Below are positions 23,915-32,000 of a stretch of 32,000 bases of DNA, piece after piece (the stretch's first letter is position 1; every line of letters starts with the position of its first letter). The notes beneath the pieces are model-generated. The model was not told the DNA's origin. It saw nothing but the letters and a program-made list of their open reading frames with translations, and ran no database searches. The stretch comes from Bigelowiella natans nucleomorph. Lineage: Eukaryota > Protista > Cercozoa. The DNA lies in the NCBI GenBank assembly GCA_000002455.1, contig DQ158858.1, positions 1 through 32,000 of the forward strand, in the 5' to 3' direction. Position numbers and translations under genes: made by a program.

Positions 23915-24341
23915 ATGAGTAGTACTTCAAAAAATGTTGGAATACCATTAAAATTGATTCATCAAGCCGAAAAGCATCAAATTTCCGTTAGAATTTATTA
24001 ATTAGGTTAAATTAAAAGATGGAAAATTATTGATTGGAGAATTAATGAATAGTGAGGATAACTGGAATTTATGTCTTAAAAAGGTCATCATAAAAGAAAA
24101 AGTATTAATTTCATAATCTAGGAAAATAAAAGTTCCAAATCAATGCTTTATTTTGTTAGGGGAAATCAGATTACATTTATAATTATTCCTGAAATTTTAA
24201 AATATTCACCTTTATTTTATGAGCTTAGATTGAAAATGACTGTTAAATTTATTATTTTAGAAAAATATACCAAGTGGTCTAGGAATCGTAGGCAGATCTG
24301 GAGCAGCAAACTCGATAATAAAATCAACACAATGGAAGTGA
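23915..24341 (+). CDS. snrpD3: Spliceosomal Sm protein D3, 122 aa, 3 introns
   Basis: Spliced: GIPLKLIHQAE...GELMNSEDNWN...VRGNQITFIIIPEILKYSPLF. Confidence 0.93.
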
Positions 24342-24385
24342 TAATACACAAATCAATTAAAAGAAGACTATATTTCTAAATAATT

Positions 24386-25270
24386 ATGAGAAGAGTAAAT
24401 GCTTTTTCAAAGTCTATATCTAGCGAAAAAGTTTTAGATAATATAAATAAAGTAATTGCAATTTAATTTAGTTAAAAATAAGCGACTTATCAATAATATT
24501 AAAGTCTAATAATACAAAGATTGTAGAAAACTTAAACTTAACTGTGAATCCTGGTGAAATACATGTTTTAATGGGAAGAAATGGATCTGGTAAATCTACT
24601 CTGTCTAAAACGATCGTCGGTCATCCATCATACGAAGTAATAGATGGATCTATTACTTATAAAAATATAGACATAACACAAATTGATGCTAGTTTAAGAG
24701 CATTGAACGGTATATTTATGTGTTTTCAAAGTCCAGTTGAAATTCAGGGTGTTAAAAACCTAGATTTTTTGAGAAAGATTAGCAATTCACGTAGAAAATT
24801 CCTATCTCAGCCTATTTTCGATCCTCTCGATTTTTATAGTTTTATCAGTGACAAAGTTATTTATGTTTTTATAGATTGAGTCCGTAGGACTTGATAATAC
24901 TTTTTTGACAAGAAATGTCAATGAGGGATTTTCGGGAGGAGAAAAGAAAAGAAATGAGATGCTCCAATTAATAACAGTTCAAGTATAATTAAGAAAGTAT
25001 AGGCGGACTTTTGCATATTTGACGAAATTGATTCAGGTTTAGATATCGATTCAATAAAAAATCTTGTGGACATTATTTCAACTTTAAGGAATAGAGGAGT
25101 TGGAATGATAATTATTACTCATTATAATGTATTTTGAAAATTAAAAGAAACTAATAGATTTGGTTAGACCAGATTATGTTCATATATTAAAAAATGGAAA
25201 AATAATAAAATCAGGAGATATGGAGTTGTCAAAAATAATCGAGAGGGAAGGTTTTGATGCTATCAATTAA
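24386..25270 (+). CDS. sufC: SufC (Ycf16) Fe-S assembly ABC ATPase, probably plastid-targeted; about 4 introns
   Basis: [17 protein letters not shown]; GHPSYEV; [10 protein letters not shown]; [16 protein letters not shown]; [10 protein letters not shown]; ITHY; RPDYVHI. Confidence 0.95.
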
Positions 25271-25483
25271 AATATTCTTTTTCTGTTGTAAATTATTCAA
25301 AAATGAATTTTAACTTATTAAATTAAGTATCTTGAGACTTTATAATTAAGTAATTTTTCAAAAAGCTGATTGTAAATTAACTTCTTTACAATACGTACAA
25401 CATTGCTTAAAGCAGGATCTTAATTTTTTTGGAACCATAATTATTTTAAAATATTAAAATTTCTTAGTCATTAGTTTTATAAA

Positions 25484-26832
25484 TCATAAGAAATCTATAA
25501 TTTTGAAAGATTTGAGAACGTCATTCTTAAGATAAGTATCTGTAGAGGATTTAATTAAAGAAATTGAAATACCTTTTTTATTTAATCTTCCTACTCTTCC
25601 TATCTAGTAAAAATCTAAATACTCTATTTGTTAAATTAGAAAAGTAACTTTTTCCTTGATTTGTACTACCCAGATAAATCAAAATTTATTACAATATCTA
25701 CTTGTTCAAAGTCTAATCCTCTGGAAAGTAAATCCGTTCCAATGAGTATCATTTTATCAATTTGAGAGAATTTTTTTAATATTCTTAATCTATAAGAGTT
25801 TTAAGAACCTAAATGATTGTTTCAATCTGGAATGAATACAGTATGATTTAATATTGTTATTATTTAAAATTTCGTTCAAAGCTCTGGCTCTACTTATAGA
25901 ACTGGTAAATATTATTACCTTAAACAATAAAAAATACTTTATTATAGTTGAGATTACGCAACATTAAGAATAACAAATAAAGATCATTATTATTATTTGT
26001 AGAAATTGAATAATTAATTGAATTGGGAACAGTACTAGTTTTGGAATCGTTAATATAAACTTCAAACGCCATTTTCTAATATTAATAAATAGTACTGTAA
26101 GGTTTTTACAAACTAATTTGGTTTGAATACTCATAGTAGTTGACATTAAAATGACTTGCTTATTAGAATGAGTTTCTTCAAATATCTTTATCAAAATTTT
26201 AAATAATTCTTTACATATTAAGTAACTTTGAGATTCTATAATATGATCGCATTCATCGATAGCTAAAAAATTTACAAAATTTAATAATACTTTCTTTGTT
26301 CTTACTTGCTGTAATTAAGAAATTTACTTGGTAAAGTCTGCCTAATGTGGAAACTATCAATTTAGGAGTTATTTTTCGAATTTTTCTTGCTTGATTGTCA
26401 AATGGAGTTCCGCCAATTAAACAAAAGATTTTTAAAGATTCTTCGTTCTGAGATAATTTTTTAAAAATCCAAAATATCTTTATATTCATTGAGAACTTGA
26501 ATTGCTAATTCCCGTGTGGGAGCTATTGAAAGTGCTTGTACAGTATTAAAAGACTCGTTTATTTGTTCAATAAAAGCAACAACGTATATCAATGTTTTTC
26601 CGATACCAGGTCTTCCTTGACAAATAATATCACAGTTGCTTACGGCATGAACAAGAGTCAGGAGCTGAACTATTTTAAAGAAGAAACTTTCCGTTAATAA
26701 ATTGTAGTTATATTTAATTAAATTATTTCGTAAAACTTTTTTTTTAATTATTTGCTTGAATGAAATATTTGAAAAAAGTTCTGAACTTTGGTAAAATTTT
26801 TTATCTATATTGCCTGAGTTTTGGCATTCCAT
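25484..26832 (-). CDS. uap56: DECD-box RNA helicase UAP56/Sub2-like, many short introns
   Basis: GRPGIGKT; APTRELAIQ; GG; STLGRL; motif II IDECD; STT; TDLLSRGLDFEQVDIVINFD; IGRVGR. Confidence 0.85.
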
Positions 26833-26917
26833 TGTTATAATCTTTATTACAATGATTATAACAAGTTTTACTCATCATATATTTTCATAAATACGTAACT
26901 TAATTTTATTTAAGATC

Positions 26918-28613
26918 TTAATTAGATGTAACTATAAAATCATCTATTCGTAATATAAAATTTAAAAATTCTTTACAATGGTAATTGATAGAGTATTTTG
27001 ACAAACTAATATCAAATATACCGAATTTTGCCATATTACAAATTCTTTCATCGTTAATGTTGAAACCATAATAATTTAAATTTTTAGAATGTAATAGTAA
27101 GAGAATTTTAATATTTGATATAAACTCATTGTTTCGATTTGTGACGATAAATTTTATAAAATGATAGAAAGCTGTAATATAAATTCTTAGAACTAAATTG
27201 TATAACTTACCCTATAAAATAAAAATATACCACACTCGAATATTTTAAAGTATATAATTGTTTGCTTAACATGGTAAGAATACAAAGTTCAAAAGCGGAG
27301 CCCCCAGGTATGACAAAGGGATATTTAAAAATTGTTTTTACTATAGTTATGATATTTAGCAAAAAACAATTTATAAAACTGTTAGTGAAATTGTGTAGTA
27401 TTAAGAGACTATAATTATGACTTTTCCTAGAATTATGTATTAAGAATATGGTATTTTTGTTATTCTTTATGAAAATATAATACTTTAAAGGCAGATGCCT
27501 TATCAAAAAAGTATAAGTCAAATGAATTTTCTTTATTGTTCTTTTGAAGTTCAGATGAAAGATAATTTTGCACTTTAACCAATTTCGCATGCTCAATGTT
27601 ATAGATTAATTTTATACCATGATAATACTAATTTTAAAAGTAATTACGAATAAAGACAAAAATGTATTTATGTTTTTGTTATCAATATTGAATGACTCTA
27701 GTAAGATAATATCGCAGTTTTGTGATTTCAGATGAATAAGTAATTTTCTTAGATGAAATGATTCTTGATAATATAAATTAAGTAGATAATCTTTATTCTT
27801 TACGATGTCCTTTGTAAAAAATTTTTTTTTAACAAGATCTTTAAAATTCGAATCCAATAATATCTTTTTTTTAGTTGTCGTAAAAGAAGTTGGCAAAGAT
27901 ACACAATTATTGCTTATTAAACATGTTCCTTTGTACATTTTAGTTTTTAATCTAGTTTTTTTTTTAAGTATTATAAAGGAAATTTTTGTTTTTAGAGCAC
28001 TTTTTAAAATAACAAAACTTTTCTTGTTTAAAACAAAAGGCTAAATAAACTAGCATGAATTTTTGTAATAAATCGTTTTTTAAAGTGGCTAGTGGCATAT
28101 GTTTACCGATACTTTTATAAAGAATAAAACTTTTCCAAAATTAGTAGGAGACATCTAAAGTTTGACAAATTCAATACGCATGACAACTTTCTAAGATTCT
28201 ATCGATAATACTATTTACTTTAGATATTAGATGAAATATTAAAGATGTAAAATACTTTAAGCTAGTCCATAAAATTGAATTTCTCATAAAGTTTTGCATT
28301 TTAGACATAATATAGCATAATAAAAATATTAAACTTTTTTTGCCATCGAAACTAAATCTGTTCTAGTTAATGCAAGAGAACATGACTATTCATAAAAGTA
28401 CGAAATATTAGACAAATTGGGTTATTTAATTTCAAAACATGTGATAAAGGATTATTTGATCTAGAAAAGCATAATTTTGTTTTATTGATAAACAACTTTT
28501 ATTTAATTTTTTACCATTGTTTTTTTTGAACTTGGTCCCAAGGAGTTAGTTATTAATTTTTTAAGAAATATTGATTCCCATATTAATAGCTTTGTATGAA
28601 GTGAAAACAGCAT
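26918..28613 (-). CDS. Chaperonin CCT/TCP-1 subunit (delta-like, tentative), highly divergent, multiple introns; start approximate
   Basis: NSLGPSSKKTM resembles SLGPKGMDKM; LKSQNCDIILLES resembles KATGCNVLLIQKS; VIPGGSAFEL; C-terminal FILRIDDFIV. Confidence 0.82.
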
Positions 28614-28656
28614 TATTTAGATAATATCTAATAAATTAGTAAAAAAAGTACATTAT

Positions 28657-28944
28657 TTAGCTGAAAAGATAGATAATCTCGCTTCCCCTAAGTACCATTA
28701 ATCCTAAAACTCTTCTTATTTCTTGACTCTATTAAAAAAAAGTTAAACGTCTTTTTTATCATTAATATACTCCTCTACATCAGATAATACCAAATTCATA
28801 AATTTATCATATGCTAATAATCTATAGAATTTTTTATACCTTCCGTTGATTCTATCATAGTTTTTTGTTACTATATTTATCCCTATTTATGCTTATGGTA
28901 CTTTTATTAATATACTTTTTAAGACTGATAGTCGAATTCACCAT
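28657..28944 (-). CDS. Sm-fold protein, most like the SmB core (76 aa, 3 introns)
   Basis: Spliced: ...GRLLAYDKFMNLVLSDVEEY...EIRRVLGLMVLRGSEIIYLFS. An LSm7/8 identity is not excluded. Not in the ORF track. Confidence 0.85.
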
Positions 28945-28981
28945 AAATTAGCTAACTTTCTATAATTGTTATTAAAATGTT

Positions 28982-29449
28982 ATGGATTTTACAGTCCTAG
29001 CTCCAATTAGTCCATTCTATACAAATACCAAAACTGTAATGATTTAAAAAATAGCATAAAAAAGCACCGAAAGCGACAACTTTATATAATAATCATACCT
29101 TTATTTTAGAAATACTAATTTTTATTATGAATAAGGTATCTTTTTCAAATGTAGATCAAAGAAGGGAGTAATTTCAATTCTAACAAGTTTTTTGTAAATG
29201 CACCTACAAAGTATTACAAAGCCAATATGTATAAAAAAGTAAATACGATAATATTAGGAAAGTAAAAAGTACCATTCATCTTGGACAATTCGCTTTAATC
29301 ATATTAATAAGGCAAGAAAGATTAAGCACACGAATCCCAGGATATCCTCGCAAGAAATAAGATATAGCGTTTCTAGTTTAGTGTATACTTCAAAAAAGAA
29401 GACAATGTGCTGTTTAATTAATGTTCTAAAAAATATTTATTTACAATAA
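28982..29449 (+). CDS. Hypothetical protein (about 136 aa, three 19-nt introns)
   Basis: Open frame from ATG 28982 after removing gtaatgatttaaaaaatag, gtatctttttcaaatgtag and gtaaatacgataatattag. Confidence 0.55.
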
Positions 29450-29586
29450 TATTAACTGAAAAAGTTTAATTTACTCGAAAATGATTATTTTTTATAATTA
29501 TAATTAAAATTCTATCAGAGAATAGTTTAGTTTATAGTTTTCTAGCATTAATTAGATTTTAAATGTGTTGTATAATTATAATACAT

Positions 29587-31307
29587 ATGAGCCTTGAGGT
29601 ATTTAAGTTATTAAGCTATCGAAATAATATTATTCTTGATAGAAAGGAAATTGTAATTATTACTATAATAGAAAGTTGAATATACAAACTTAAAAAAAAC
29701 ACCTGTTAGTAAAGAAATATAAATTTTTATAGAATGAATTTAAAAATCTTTTTACTTCTAAATTTCCCCTACACTCGACTCTATTTTTAAATATTCATAG
29801 AATTAGCTATAAGGTATTATGAAAAAATATAGTTCGGTGGTACGAAAATGCTTATTGATATCTTTATATATAATAATAAAAATAGCTACATAAAGATAGA
29901 ATCTAGAAATAAATTATTAAAAGTCTGATTTTTGTTTAGAGAATAAAGAAATACTTATATTAGATATTAAAAAGCGAAGAACATTAAAGCAAAAAAAAAA
30001 TCAACTAAAATCAAAGTTTGGCACAAAAAAGTTTCAGGGATAATTTGTTAACTAAATAAGTTATGTTTTAAATTAACTGATATGTATTATGATGGTATAG
30101 TAATTTTGCAACTTAAAAAACTACCTATCCAGCAGATAAAAAATTCAAAGAAGAATAATAAATTCATAAGCAATGTATGTTAAAAATTTAATAATAGTAA
30201 ATCTATATTCATGTTTTTGTAAGGAAAAGTCTTCGTTAAGTAAACTCAATGATAAAATAAATTTTCTAGAAATAAAAAAATCTAAATTTTCAAATAATAT
30301 TGTCCTATCTTTAAAAAAGCAAGATAATTCCTTCTCTAATTTTCTTTTATTGATAAAATTAATAAGTACACATTATTTTTTCATCGAAAAAAGTAAGCAA
30401 TCTGATTTATGTATCATAATTTTGCTTTCTAATAGATTTCTTATTAAAATACTGGTAAAGGAACTAATACTTTTAGTATTATGATATGTGTTTTAAATTT
30501 TAACTATGAGATGTTACTTATTAAAATTATAAGAGTGAAGTTTGGTTAATGAAATCCATTTCGTGTAAAACAACGAAAAGTGCTTTAATGATGGCAATTT
30601 TTTGAAATTTAAAAAACATTTAATAATATCTTTCTTTTAAAATTACTATAACTTTAAAAAAGGTATGGGCTTGTACTTTATTTAAGGTGTGTGCAAGCAT
30701 TTTAAATGAGCATTTTAAACTTTTTGGATTCTTCAGAAAATTGTTCCTACATTTAGAGCGACAAAAAACTAAGCACTATAAATTTTTATTTACAATATAA
30801 TTATTTTTGAATATCATTATATTATTATGTTTAATTTTATTTTTACAATAAGAACAGTTGTCCTTGACCATATGGTATCAATATAAAATAAAAATACTTT
30901 TAGAAAGATTACTAATGAATTTTAAATTAGATAATATCATTAAGGTAAATCTTTATCTATCTGAATATTTTATTAGATGTATCAATAATAGATTATTTTA
31001 CTCTATTGAAAATAAGATTATAAGAAAATCCCTATTAATCAAAAAAAAATATAATTACAGAAGAAATGGTTTAACTAATGTGAATCGACCTGAAGAAATA
31101 TTTACTAATATCAAATTAAGTATGTTCGGATTAGCTCTTAAGGAAAAAAAATTAAATTTAGTATTACGGAAAATTGAATTTATGATATATTTAATAAAAA
31201 AAACAAAATTTAATGATTTTTACTATTTTGAGAAGAAGAACTTTATTATCTTTTTAAATTTACAAAGTAAGCTTCTTCATTATTTAAATTCTGAATATGT
31301 GCTATAA
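29587..31307 (+). CDS. Large divergent hypothetical protein(s), intron-rich; exon structure not fully resolved
   Basis: Plus-strand ORFs 30173-30484 and 30858-31307 plus candidate 18-20 nt GT-AG introns. No confidently recognisable motif. Confidence 0.4.
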
Positions 31308-31341
31308 CTTTTTAATTATGTAATTATTTTGCTTTATAATT

Positions 31342-31608
31342 ATGGAACCATTGAGATCATCAAAAGGCTGGATTTTGATATATAAAGGCATGTCTTTTAA
31401 TCTAATGAATTATATAATAAAAATGTTCTTAAACTTAAAAGATCAAGAAAAATTAGACATATACCTACCAAATAAAGAGTTTTTTCCTATTAAGAATTTT
31501 GGTTTTATCGTAACCAATTCCCTTTCAAATAGTCTATTACTAATAAATCTAAATGGTCTGATAATTAAGGGGAAAGAAATCCGTATTGAATGGGTTTTCC
31601 TGAAATAG
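31342..31608 (+). CDS. y14: Y14/RBM8 (Tsunagi), EJC core RRM protein, 88 aa, intronless
   Basis: EPLRSSKGWILI resembles GPQRSVEGWILF, and LNGLIIKGKEIRIEWVF resembles LNGQDLMGQPISVDWCF. These are the two Y14-diagnostic ends of the RRM. Confidence 0.85.
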   Translation: MEPLRSSKGWILIYKGMSFNLMNYIIKMFLNLKDQEKLDIYLPNKEFFPIKNFGFIVTNSLSNSLLLINLNGLIIKGKEIRIEWVFLK

Positions 31609-31636
31609 TTGTCATTCATCAATTAAATTTATAAAT

Positions 31637-32000
31637 TCAGATAAGTAATTTACACATAAAAATGTCTACTTTAATTTTTTTTACCGCTGATTCTATGAAT
31701 GTGAGAATAAAATCTTTTGCAGTACTTCAAAGAATTGGGGTAAATTCGATTTTTATAACGAGTGAAGCCAGGTCTACCAAAATTAAAGTCGAATTTAGCA
31801 ATTTGAAGATCGAACTTTTTTAAACAATGACTTATAATTTCTTCATTTTCTTGAATAAAAATCGACTTTGATATAATTACTAAAATTTTAGATTTATTTT
31901 TCTTATTCTTTTTAATACTTTTTATGATTTCTTCAATAGCATTCTTTTTATCTGATAAGCGCTTTTGTATTTTTTTATATACATTAATTTCATCTTTCTT
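31637..32000 (-). CDS. nop2: 3' part of a NOP2/NSUN1-like rRNA m5C methyltransferase (continues beyond the window)
   Basis: Spliced: ILVIISKSIFIQENEEIISHCLKK...FGRPGFTRYKNRIYPNSLKYCKRFYSHIHRISDIFMCKL. Compare NOP2 LVYSTCSI...ENEAVIDYALKK...FGR.GFTRF...RRFYPHVHNMDGFFVAKL. Confidence 0.88.

Noticed and set aside
15981-28044. Antisense ORFs 15981-16163, 16735-16929, 17967-18173, 21201-21476 and 27805-28044
   Set aside because: They are shadows of real genes on the opposite strand (sf3b1, SF1, CCT).
9576-32000. Fragmented ORFs interpreted as pseudogenes, frameshifting or an alternative genetic code
   Set aside because: Wherever I traced the breaks, they were resolved by canonical 18-21 nt GT-AG introns under the standard code.

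Overview
This window is the left end of a chlorarachniophyte nucleomorph chromosome (the relict green-algal endosymbiont nucleus, Bigelowiella natans type). Three things support that call: (TCTAGGG)n telomeres, a subtelomeric rDNA unit followed by a dnaK fragment, and very AT-rich, densely packed genes broken by 18-21 nt GT-AG introns. Layout: telomere (1-225), 18S-5.8S-28S rDNA transcribed away from the telomere, a dnaK pseudogene, U6 snRNA, about 22 protein genes and three tandem tRNAs. I spliced the genes by hand, which recovered several that are missing or fragmentary in the ORF track (SmG, RPB8, TFIIA-L, Mago, SmB-like, NOP2). Main results: (1) highly divergent Mago nashi and Y14 genes plus a UAP56-type helicase, i.e. 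a candidate nucleomorph exon-junction-complex (EJC)/mRNA-export system; (2) a plant-type SF1/BBP whose KH GxxG loop is lost; (3) several apparent pseudo-enzymes (ClpR-like, GPN-like, CCT, NOP2); (4) a probable tricistronic pre-tRNA. All homology calls come from motif recognition by eye, not database searches.
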